Assembly: GCA_944360025.1 (NCBI GenBank)
Contig: CALVTF010000001.1
Coordinates: forward strand, 1 to 52,725
Direction of reading: 5' to 3'
Source: an uncultured Clostridia bacterium
Lineage (GTDB): Bacteria; Bacillota; Clostridia; Christensenellales; UBA1242
DNA length: 52,725 bases
Of this stretch, positions 19,601 to 27,861 are shown in pieces (position 1 is the first letter of the stretch; each line of letters begins with the position of its first letter). The notes below the pieces were generated by a model. It did no database searches and was not told the origin of the DNA. It worked only from the letters and a program-made list of their open reading frames with translations. Made by a program: the position numbers and the translations under genes.

Positions 19601-22600
19601 TAGGAATTTATACTTCATATCTCAACATTTTTGATATAACTTTCAATATGAATGGTGGCTATCAAATCACATACGACCAAAATTTTGGTGGAACATATGT
19701 TGGTGGTAAAAACTATAATGTAACCGATTTTATTGATGAAATTACAAAAGGCGATGAAATTTTGTTAGATTCAAGCGTCAACGCCTTTACTTTCACTGAA
19801 TGTACTGACGTTGCCGATTTTGAAATTGTTGATAATAATACTTTCAGCGTGGCTCACTCTCAAGAGACTATAGCAGTGGAAATTAAGGCTGAACATAATA
19901 TTACAGAAAACTTGCTCACAATAGCAAGCGGAACAAACATATATAGAGGAATAACTTTAGAAGGAATAGGAGATGCGAATTCTCAAATTTCATTATCAAA
20001 TGAATTAGAACTTGCTGGCTTTACTTACACAGTTGGAACAGGTGTAGGTGAAGGATTAAATGGTATTGCGACAAATTATATTAGAATTGATTTAGCAAAT
20101 CCTATTACTGTTAACACTGCTTTGGGAACGCAAGAAGAAATTGAATCTTTCTATATAGAATTAACAGAAAGTGAAATAACAAAACAATCAAGAACGCTTT
20201 ATAGTTTCTTCTTCTCGCTTATGTTCGCTCCTTCAAATGATATAGCAGAAAATCAAACAGTGGCTTTCCGTGAAAGCGAGAGTATAGAAGGAATTAGATA
20301 TTCTCAAAACACTATCACTCTCAACCTTAGAGAAGGAAGATTGTATGATATGTTGGTAGCAAATTTCAGTAATAACGGAACAAACTTCAGAACAGGAATA
20401 GATAGTTTTGCATTTGAAAATGGCACAACAACATACACAATAACCTTGCCAAATGTTGGCGAAAGAAGAACAGATTATGTTGAAAACATTACTATACAAT
20501 ATAGATTCAATAATAATATAATATATAGATTTGGTTTAAACTATATTTTCGCGATAGAACCAAATGTTGAAATTTCTGATAACTATCCAACTCCTAACGA
20601 AACAGCAAATATGCAAGAAGAATATGTTGATAATAAAACAACAATAGAAGATTTCTTCAACACTTCTGCAAGTTTCGCTAAGGCGAATGCAAGTTCAAGA
20701 CTTAATGTAACAAGGAAGGATGCAGATTTAGATAATCAATATAATTATGACTATAATTTAGACATTACAACTATAACTAATGTTGTGTTGACAGTGAACG
20801 GCACAACTTCTTATAATCAACCAACTCCGTCATTAAGTTCAGGAAGCCTTAGTGAAGAAGGTGGTGTAATTAGATTGCCAGATCTTGATTTTGCCTTTAC
20901 TCTTAATAACACAGGAACCATAGGACGTGTAATGTTTACATTGCAAGTAAATAGTGTTACCAAAACTTACACCGTTATTGTAAATAATAACAACACTGTT
21001 ACTATTGAAACAAATATGATAACAAGAGTGGATAATTACGAAGAAGTCTTTGCAGAAGATTTATCTACATATGATTCAAACAAATTATTTAGTTATAATA
21101 GACTTTTTAAATATCAACTTTTAAACAGTGCATCTGGGACCTATTTTGTTCGCTTTGATGCGCCTATAGGAAGCAACCCATTAATTAGAGAAGTACAAGC
21201 AGGAAGTACGGCAGAAATTATAGTTGACTTAGGAGACTCATATAATAATTATACCTATAATGGTATATACTCTGACTATGCTTCTGCTCTTAGTGGTGCA
21301 AACCCATCAAGTTGGACGCAAATGTTTGCTTATCAACCTCAAATTACAAATAGAATAGTGCTTTTATATGCTGGATATGAGGTTAATAACGATATTGCTG
21401 ATATTCGACTTTCAGAAAGAATTAATCCAAAATTGACATATACTATTAAAGATGACGCAACCTTAAATGATTTCTATTATTTGAGATTTAACAAAGTTGA
21501 TGATCCAACAGATTATGTAACAATAAGCCATTCTTTCCAAGAAATCACAGGGCAATCTGTGACAGACACTCTTGACGCAAGCCTTGAAGGATATTATTAT
21601 CAAGGGGCATATTTAACTCAAGCAAATGCTGAAAATGCCGAGGCAAAAGTAACTAATATATTTGAAGTAGAACCTTCTTTAAGTGAAGATGGTGGACTTG
21701 GTGAATACAAAGAGTTGGGTGAAGTTTCATTTAGCCAAAACCAAGTTGGAGTTACCTCTCAATATCATGTTGGTTATGTTTTGACTAATGGCGATAATGG
21801 TATTGTTTATGAAAACAATATCAACAATGTCGTTGCAACCAATAGTTCTTATCGTTTACAACTTAATGTTCAATTTGAAGTAACTTCAGATGCTTTAACA
21901 CATTATGAAATTTTGGAAGTGGCAGATGGACTTACAAGCATCTATAATTTCCCAAATCTTGGTATTAGAGATGCGAAAACAGGCAATCTTTTGACTGCAA
22001 ATGATGTTGGAGAAAACAGAAGAATCGACCTTGCAATGTATGGTTTTGGTGATGCTCAAATTATGGCAAATTCTGATGATCCTTTAGAACAAGAAGCATG
22101 GCAAATCCATAATTATCTCATAAACGAGACTACTTATAACACCGGAATCAAACCAAGATATGGAGCGGTCTTAAATGGTGGTGTTATTGGAACAGACGAA
22201 GGTCAAACACAAGACTCAAACTATGCATCTTTAAACGCGGGAACAGATTATGGCGCAAATTATCAAATTTTACCTAGAGGTGCGGCTGTCAATGGAAACT
22301 TCATTATGCTTAGAATTACCTACACAACTTTCCTTGACAAAGACCATACAGAAGAAGGTAAAGTATCAGTTAGTGCAAACCTTAGATTCCTAATTATGCC
22401 TTCTTATGACGTTGAATTTAGATCCTCTTCGGAAAGCACACAATATTCAGATGCAATAGTCGAAGATATGCTAATCGGCGGGGAAAACGTTTCAGTAGCA
22501 ACAAATACTGCTGGAAATCCATATATCATAACAAGAGCAACGAATTCAACTTCAATTGATAGAACTCAATATCTTTATAAAAATTCAACTTCAACAGATA

Positions 22601-25600
22601 CCTATTATCCAATTTGGAGAGCAATGCTTGGAAGCGACAATCAAGGTTTTACTTTTAGTTATTCAATTCCATACAATGGTTCACAAGCGGAATATAATAG
22701 TTATTTCTCTGCAATAGATACTAGTGGCACTGGTTGGTCTGAAGATTCAACCTCTTCTGACAAGACTCACTCACCAACAACCTCAAATGGCGAAATTAAG
22801 TTCACAGCGGGAACCGTTAGTATTGGTGACAAGAGTTATTATATTGATGCTGTTGACAGTTTCGGCTATCGTGCAAGAATTTACTTTAGAATTGAATCGG
22901 AAATAAATCCTGTTATTGCTCACACAAATGTAACAACTGTAACAGAAGGAAACGAGGCTGAAATTGGCGCGACTTACAACACTTCAACCTTTGCAGGTGG
23001 AACATTAAATAATGTAACCTCAGTATCAGGTGGTGGGCAAGAATTAGCAAGTTCTTATCAAAATTGGGCTTATGATTATTCATATACCATTCAAAATGCT
23101 GATGGTAAAGGCGATGGTGTTCAAATTATTTTGGGATATGCGACAAAAAATGGCAATAAGGTCCCTATAACAGAAGATATAGAATTTCATAAAGAAAAAA
23201 TGTTTGAAATTGTTTATGCATACACCGCTTCAAGCGCAACGGGTGGCACAACAACTACTATTACATATGCAACTTCAGTTTTTGATAAAATTCCTGAGGA
23301 GACAACAAGTTATAATGTTTATGTCAACTATTTAGGTAATGATAGTGATGGCGCAGAAGTTATTAAAGAGATTTTAGAAACAATTATTAAAGAAGAAGGT
23401 GCTGAAGAAAAAATTCAAGCATGCATTGATAATGCCAACGAAGGCTTTGTTTTCGGACTTCAAGATATTGCTTCAAAAGCAATTCTCGCTCCTAATGGTT
23501 ATTTGCAAGGAACAACAACAAATCCAACATATGGTTCGTCAGTTGCTTTGCAAATGACAATAAGTGGATTATATGCTAATGTATATGATTCAAATGTTAT
23601 ACCTGCAATGAATGAAGCGTCGTTTAATACAGAATTCAACGCAGAAGTTGAATCAAATGTATACGATATTAATGTTGCAAGTGTTTGGTTTGAAATAGAT
23701 GGTGATATTGTGTTTGCCGACTTAGGTGGCGATGGCACTTATGGTAATAAGACTGAAACAAGTATTCATAATGAAAAGAAAAAACTAGTGACGAGTTCAG
23801 AAACAAACGGCGGTTATGTTTATGAAGACGGAACAATTTCTGAAGTTGTAACTTCTGGTGATAGTGATGGAGCAGGTTTCAAAATACCTTATTTCCCAGG
23901 CAAGTATTATGGCGAAAGTACAACACTTGAAAATGTTGTTATGGTTGTAAACTTTGTGTCAAGTACTGCTGGGGATGCAATTTCGCTTAATAGTGAATCT
24001 ACAGAAATTGCTCAAGTTCGACAAACATTGACAATTCAAAGAGCAGATTATGGCAATTTAGTGACTCAAAACTTTATTGATGACGACAGTATAACAATGG
24101 CCGACTTTAATACTACAAATAATTCTGAAGCATCATCTATTACTGTTACAAATGATACACTAGAAATTGAAATAAGTGCGGGTGGCTCTCTTGAATATGC
24201 AATTGTTAGTGATAACGCAAGCCCGACAAATGATGATTATAAACCATTAACCAACAATGAAAATTATGCTCAAAGAGAACAAATCAGAATTTCAAAAACA
24301 AGTGATTTAACTTCTGGAGTTGATTTAACTTTAGCATATGACGTTTATATTAGAAATGCTAGTGAAGGTACAGATTATAAAGTTAAATATTTCGGAAAAG
24401 AACTTTCATCAAATGGTGTGAAATATGATATTGAACTACAAACATTTAACGAAAATAATGGCTTGAAGTTAAATATCGTAGACGTCGACGAATTGAACTC
24501 TTCTGGTTATGCAACTAGATATATTTACACAATATCAAATGTAACTTACGGAGAAGAGGCAAGTGCCACAACCGAACATTATCAACAAACTGATTCAATT
24601 AGACTTTACCCTCATTTCCAATCAATAAGTGCTAATAGAACTTCAGCACATGACTATATTGTAGATGATTACTATAAAGTGACAACAGAAACCGGAACAT
24701 ATTATGTTATTTCTCCAACAAGTTGGGCAGGTCAAAATGGAACGGCTCAAGATGAAGATAGTGTTTCTGATTCAGTTATCTATAATCCATATTTCCAATA
24801 TCCAAGTGATGACACAGAAATAGGAACTTGGAATAATGAATATAGAATAGCAGAAATGCCATATATTTTCTCATATGAAGTGGTGGCAGGTGCAACCATT
24901 GATTCTATGGGAACAATAACCACAAACGAAGATTTCCGTATTCAATCCGACAACATTATGGTTAACGTTTATATGCGAGTTTCAGGTATCGATGGACTCT
25001 ATAATGATCCAAATGGTATACGTTTGACAAGCACACCTTTGACATTCTATTTAAGAAATTATGCTAATAATGGAACCACAGTTCAAAGATTAGGAAGTGA
25101 TATTACAAATGGAATTTATGGAATTGGTGCAAATGCTAAAGGCACAGGTCCAGATAATTCATTAGTTATTCTAAATGACGGAGATAAGGTATATGCAATG
25201 GGACAGGCTAATGTTGGAAACATTCTCATTGGTGATCCAACAACAGTTTCAAACACATATTTAATTCCAACAAATGAACCATTTGTGTTTGAAGACAATT
25301 TTGAAAAAACAACAGAATATAGAGATAATCCAAACAATCCAACTTCTAATAATGAATTTAGAATTATAAAACAATCGTCAAATTCTTCTTATATGTATCG
25401 TGGAAATCTTGATTCTTACACCTATACAACAGCGGGCGTATACGAAAGTATGTTCATAGAGTCATATAGATATTTAGGAGTTGAGACCACCGGAGAAACA
25501 GGTTCATTTATTTACTATTCAGCATTCAAAGCACAGATAATTGTTTATAACTCACAAGTACCAACAACTTATTCGGCTGCATATACATTAGGCGGAGAGG

Positions 25601-27861
25601 ATACTTCTTCATTTGAGTCATCAGGCAGTGAATTCAACCTCACTTTGAAGAGTCCTAATGTTACAGATAATCAAATAAGTATGGAAGAAATTTCTATGAC
25701 AGGAAGTTTCTATGACGTTGCAACAGGAAAGCAAATTGTTAATGCAATAGCCGACGATACTTATGCTGTTGATGCAGTGAAAGATGATGAGGGAAATATT
25801 ATTGAAGATGCAACTCGTATCACCTTTGATAGATTACTAGAAAGCGAAACCTCAGGCATAAAAACAAAAGAAATTGTATCTATTGAAGATTCAGGTGTTA
25901 AATTCTATCGCATAACCTTCTTTGTCTATGAATCAGGCATTCAATCCGAAGAATTGGCATTACAAACAAATAATCGTTATGTTTTTGCGAATCTATTTGG
26001 CAACGGAACATTCTATCAACTCAATGATTTTGAAGATCGAACTGTAACTGAAAAGAGTTATAATCTTCAACCTAACAATGAAATAAAGGAAATTTTCTAT
26101 GTGTTTGTAAATAATAGATTGACAAAGCATGAAGTAACATTTAAACTTTACAGTTCTTCAAATTTATACTCTCTCACAACTTGGGTAGAAGAAGATAGTT
26201 TAAGTGGAAGTGTGGATATAACAAATGGCGAAACCGCACCAACAGAGGAAACAGGTGGGCAATTATATATCAACACAACTGCAAATTCTATCTATCAAAA
26301 GATTAACGGAAATTGGTATTTGGTTTCAAACAGTTTTGTCACAACAGAAAATGAAATCATAGGCTGGCTGTTTGGAAATAGTATGCCGGCAGAAAGTGTT
26401 GGAGAAATTGGAAATGTCTACATTGATCAAAGTGCGTTTATGGTTTATCAAAAGGCTGAAAGCGGATGGTTAGAGATTTCTACTTTCGAAAATGTAGTTG
26501 CAAACATGGCGACGATAACTGTTGCCGGAGTTGATGAAAGTGTTAATGGTGGTGACCTATTTGACCGTTTAGGATATCAAGACGTGATATTTGACAATGG
26601 TAATTTCACAAGGAATCTAAATGGTACAGAGTATACCTACAAACTTTATGAAGTTAGTTCAATTAATACAGTAAATGCTATAACTTCTAATTCTTACTTT
26701 GTATATGAAACAAATTTGAATGGAACATCATTAACTGATTGGCAAAACACAACACGTACATTCTTTGTGGAAGAAAACAGCACAAATGGCAAGATATATC
26801 GTAGATATAGTGTCGTTTTCTATAAATATGCTGACATAATTGAAATTAATGCAATAACAGAGTTTAACAACCAATTTATGCTTAGAAACTTAGACCAACT
26901 TGTACGTGACGAAATTGGCGGAAATGCTGAAGTGAATTGGCGTCTCTACGATGAAAACAACTACACGCTATCATCAATAACTAACATAAGAATCGACGAA
27001 AGTACAGTGGGTGATGACGGACTTCTTAAGGACGAAGAAATTGGACAGTTCTATGTCTTAGTTGCAAACAAATATTATCATGTTAATCTTAACATTACTT
27101 GTGCAGAAACTAGAGGCTCGTATCAAGTGTATGTAGCAAATAAAGACCTTGAAAACGAAATTGATCCAAATAATATTCAGTTATATACCTTTGACAGTGA
27201 CGGAAATATCATTTCGTCAACCGAGAATGCTACTTACGAAACTATTTCTTTGGTTGACTATATAAACTTTGAAATTGGACTTACAAATTATGCTGGATTT
27301 GAGTATAATGACGTTAAATTCTATGTATATAACAATGCTTCAAATAGTATCTCAGCAGAATTTGACAAAACCGAACTTAGCACTATTGATTTGACAGGAC
27401 AACCGCCTTTTGTTAAGAACATGACATTTGTTTATTACATTAATTATTCGGTAACAACAGGCGAGAGCGAGTCGACAACAAGAAATCATTATGCTATTTT
27501 AAATGTAAGTTTTGTTGTGCAAAATGAGCCACTTTCAGAAAGACATTTCTTCTCTAGTACAACTTCTGGTGCGACCTTTGACCTCAACACTCTTACAACA
27601 CAAGTAAGGCAAAGATTTGAATTAAGTTCAACTTATATTTCATATTATATTGATAACTTAGGTGAAGAACAGGTTAAAACAGTTAATGGTCAAAATGAAA
27701 TTTTAAATTTATATTCATTGACAGACGATGAAAGACAACAAAATTATATTTTGAAAGTATTTTATATTAATGTTAATGGAAATTTTGAGCCAATTATATT
27801 GATATTACAAAATACAAACATTTTGACAACAAATAATTCTGCAAGCGGAGGCAATATTTAA
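13663..27861 (+). CDS. giant (4732 aa) N-terminally membrane-anchored surface protein, unknown function
   Basis: Uninterrupted 14,199-nt ORF. N-terminus is MKKKRK plus a TM helix (VVLITIAAIIGLLGVSTFVMYLLGYF). The remainder is N/T/S/Y/D/E-rich with many NxS/T triplets. No LPxTG at the C-terminus and no obvious long tandem repeats. All antisense ORFs inside are short. Confidence 0.9.
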   Translation: MKKKRKVLATWKVVLITIAAIIGLLGVSTFVMYLLGYFENPPVNPEDMSFAQTEEYNATTGMYEVSEDFYMTINTTTENVNVTNVTLSLGTTEAQNGYIDNGIIRVPQTVRLNTPFLVTLSTDYNAVTNSEYINGGITTLRATSDNRLISPITTTIAVDVPVYEISAFVYDTGDETMTPIIDNEVINGSEFKIGLNFSPNSTETGNSSEFMYGGTEKKMVFFSPTNRNIEFNYETQTFTANGVSAEGYPDSVTLYTFTSASYQKAFLSENQNILNNFAELNQAALHYFGSNPSTYRSCSIEITVKDVGVESFSIGNTQFKCFVDKFLNISSNSSSSVFDGSLNVSIRDDEGNSLNSIYAGNVGIALTNDNTNVKIDGEGIVRVVVTTNTETNTTNYEVFREAYNGSLDNYSPLVEQTETGTVTTYYFILPKTSQSSSAANYSYGFASTAEGRVDFKVALFVEGENGWEIFFENGNSFSNLPSLYVDFTVHQEQNIYWAEEYNNERIIIVYDSDTGSSDTVELSEQIVLPTENVYQRVRYFFYSPTGAQIDVANSLEYASCVQYTVGEDIDLSGLNNLVSDVWLYELNDSNLTAIGPLNQDVNLVFVTVKTNADGVILNSDGEVYESGDKYDIVQVSAPRAIVVDATLKFEDMTGETSFSSVDADQFKYTSGENNYLYVPALFYSDDLGNSDSFEITITLNNASANMISVNELQDLYNAGLSSNDTTSSSGYIRVEFRDENGNLGTYLDEDNLERSYFEVGPLTFAGTETITGTASVSISEKFSNTDGIHYTPYLVYYNGRTIQEKEMSVNYAGENYDGFTIYAQLATTSEYSFVDGTQYAPNGPITVSINERGERTITWASVTGGTITITDSQNQSALEHISSQLSVVIYDQIGKVIKTNAASFTLQEGATGSNRYINIVNNQITGFNSTGGDTIETFVTATISSIYGTTQDSVSPGNVNFSIFSAGVREVLYDKSEFATSDPVYDFDPDEDGDTYGAGKVTKYFTLNDQVILNDLLQVYIGDSETPTEEGYLKFRLNAAYLTSLEGHTSELFSSQGAVTNYGMISLKSDTSTDASSILSYTSQQINVVQLNYLFAEEFSLIFDVYDDNGLVNIQLTLVFARNINYSDSISSYSSAYADYLTYGDVGNSASKLVFGGDSISLNQYLPLNYIRNNDNDTPLSWTGGDVGTAVLYIDDHLATTTDLVYIQPGENNLAYLEFSDVKTLTYVQVTLYYNRQSTYSLRIDLGFVINPNYLIAQKETFVDLSQLGTQDYSLLENFYTIYNAKEYINRHILNVSYDDPTEITFENAGISFTPTTTSSILNIRTDDGFNLDKEGVFVGRLGQLIDSNINLFDLNNENNAFQFILARENGGGHEIIQLGYSTLNFHVGYGETAEAVVNAIINTAEGTPLNYEVLSNNEDYVLVLLELNGYSLNNLWAVEENSAFIDVLNSVLSVGELSTFNVSDTITFVYNNEDRISADVRLSKVGLIYVAYKENYNGDDKFFAFEDITTDETSEVGLQEFFNNLSTKGIYDIYTAGKSYTIVSDNENSFNEELDVDARQYGFYYRRPTNTSLISATLSIRSITAGYEDILSIDNAGTGIILNSLVDTGEEVYAILQLSLSQNLSSGNVTYVMYYRIKINPNYSLGNVTYPYNNDAEYIEDTEFTINFEKPFTTQDASVSNDGKYRFANLEGGDGEEITFKYSVDSVIINGEEYSDFSTYLDLSIDERNGVLSANVIVTDASIEIIVAKTYYIKDGEVETEVVRSQRLYTIKYHSDIVPIYDHSVTGEQIEEDGDNYIDNSITINDTYNYTITVQEQVGDIYTPSTDVFAHITYAGSSRENGEVKGIETYLYDFVRLAGGDQLYTVVSADNSYTLSTPYIFNAENGNEDNYVLVDLTGGEVTTLTTYAQIVDIIENNPNFAEDGYIVSLYKDGENLEGLFYLPKSRVNYFDFRNSTSNGVYELTFKTRESIEEDGTFKIGIYTSYLNIFDITFNMNGGYQITYDQNFGGTYVGGKNYNVTDFIDEITKGDEILLDSSVNAFTFTECTDVADFEIVDNNTFSVAHSQETIAVEIKAEHNITENLLTIASGTNIYRGITLEGIGDANSQISLSNELELAGFTYTVGTGVGEGLNGIATNYIRIDLANPITVNTALGTQEEIESFYIELTESEITKQSRTLYSFFFSLMFAPSNDIAENQTVAFRESESIEGIRYSQNTITLNLREGRLYDMLVANFSNNGTNFRTGIDSFAFENGTTTYTITLPNVGERRTDYVENITIQYRFNNNIIYRFGLNYIFAIEPNVEISDNYPTPNETANMQEEYVDNKTTIEDFFNTSASFAKANASSRLNVTRKDADLDNQYNYDYNLDITTITNVVLTVNGTTSYNQPTPSLSSGSLSEEGGVIRLPDLDFAFTLNNTGTIGRVMFTLQVNSVTKTYTVIVNNNNTVTIETNMITRVDNYEEVFAEDLSTYDSNKLFSYNRLFKYQLLNSASGTYFVRFDAPIGSNPLIREVQAGSTAEIIVDLGDSYNNYTYNGIYSDYASALSGANPSSWTQMFAYQPQITNRIVLLYAGYEVNNDIADIRLSERINPKLTYTIKDDATLNDFYYLRFNKVDDPTDYVTISHSFQEITGQSVTDTLDASLEGYYYQGAYLTQANAENAEAKVTNIFEVEPSLSEDGGLGEYKELGEVSFSQNQVGVTSQYHVGYVLTNGDNGIVYENNINNVVATNSSYRLQLNVQFEVTSDALTHYEILEVADGLTSIYNFPNLGIRDAKTGNLLTANDVGENRRIDLAMYGFGDAQIMANSDDPLEQEAWQIHNYLINETTYNTGIKPRYGAVLNGGVIGTDEGQTQDSNYASLNAGTDYGANYQILPRGAAVNGNFIMLRITYTTFLDKDHTEEGKVSVSANLRFLIMPSYDVEFRSSSESTQYSDAIVEDMLIGGENVSVATNTAGNPYIITRATNSTSIDRTQYLYKNSTSTDTYYPIWRAMLGSDNQGFTFSYSIPYNGSQAEYNSYFSAIDTSGTGWSEDSTSSDKTHSPTTSNGEIKFTAGTVSIGDKSYYIDAVDSFGYRARIYFRIESEINPVIAHTNVTTVTEGNEAEIGATYNTSTFAGGTLNNVTSVSGGGQELASSYQNWAYDYSYTIQNADGKGDGVQIILGYATKNGNKVPITEDIEFHKEKMFEIVYAYTASSATGGTTTTITYATSVFDKIPEETTSYNVYVNYLGNDSDGAEVIKEILETIIKEEGAEEKIQACIDNANEGFVFGLQDIASKAILAPNGYLQGTTTNPTYGSSVALQMTISGLYANVYDSNVIPAMNEASFNTEFNAEVESNVYDINVASVWFEIDGDIVFADLGGDGTYGNKTETSIHNEKKKLVTSSETNGGYVYEDGTISEVVTSGDSDGAGFKIPYFPGKYYGESTTLENVVMVVNFVSSTAGDAISLNSESTEIAQVRQTLTIQRADYGNLVTQNFIDDDSITMADFNTTNNSEASSITVTNDTLEIEISAGGSLEYAIVSDNASPTNDDYKPLTNNENYAQREQIRISKTSDLTSGVDLTLAYDVYIRNASEGTDYKVKYFGKELSSNGVKYDIELQTFNENNGLKLNIVDVDELNSSGYATRYIYTISNVTYGEEASATTEHYQQTDSIRLYPHFQSISANRTSAHDYIVDDYYKVTTETGTYYVISPTSWAGQNGTAQDEDSVSDSVIYNPYFQYPSDDTEIGTWNNEYRIAEMPYIFSYEVVAGATIDSMGTITTNEDFRIQSDNIMVNVYMRVSGIDGLYNDPNGIRLTSTPLTFYLRNYANNGTTVQRLGSDITNGIYGIGANAKGTGPDNSLVILNDGDKVYAMGQANVGNILIGDPTTVSNTYLIPTNEPFVFEDNFEKTTEYRDNPNNPTSNNEFRIIKQSSNSSYMYRGNLDSYTYTTAGVYESMFIESYRYLGVETTGETGSFIYYSAFKAQIIVYNSQVPTTYSAAYTLGGEDTSSFESSGSEFNLTLKSPNVTDNQISMEEISMTGSFYDVATGKQIVNAIADDTYAVDAVKDDEGNIIEDATRITFDRLLESETSGIKTKEIVSIEDSGVKFYRITFFVYESGIQSEELALQTNNRYVFANLFGNGTFYQLNDFEDRTVTEKSYNLQPNNEIKEIFYVFVNNRLTKHEVTFKLYSSSNLYSLTTWVEEDSLSGSVDITNGETAPTEETGGQLYINTTANSIYQKINGNWYLVSNSFVTTENEIIGWLFGNSMPAESVGEIGNVYIDQSAFMVYQKAESGWLEISTFENVVANMATITVAGVDESVNGGDLFDRLGYQDVIFDNGNFTRNLNGTEYTYKLYEVSSINTVNAITSNSYFVYETNLNGTSLTDWQNTTRTFFVEENSTNGKIYRRYSVVFYKYADIIEINAITEFNNQFMLRNLDQLVRDEIGGNAEVNWRLYDENNYTLSSITNIRIDESTVGDDGLLKDEEIGQFYVLVANKYYHVNLNITCAETRGSYQVYVANKDLENEIDPNNIQLYTFDSDGNIISSTENATYETISLVDYINFEIGLTNYAGFEYNDVKFYVYNNASNSISAEFDKTELSTIDLTGQPPFVKNMTFVYYINYSVTTGESESTTRNHYAILNVSFVVQNEPLSERHFFSSTTSGATFDLNTLTTQVRQRFELSSTYISYYIDNLGEEQVKTVNGQNEILNLYSLTDDERQQNYILKVFYINVNGNFEPIILILQNTNILTTNNSASGGNI

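Noticed and set aside
14169-25337. Eight 60-88-aa antisense or alternative-frame ORFs inside the giant gene
   Set aside because: All are short, lack RBS and recognisable motifs, and are embedded in a continuous 14.2-kb reading frame. They are typical shadow ORFs.
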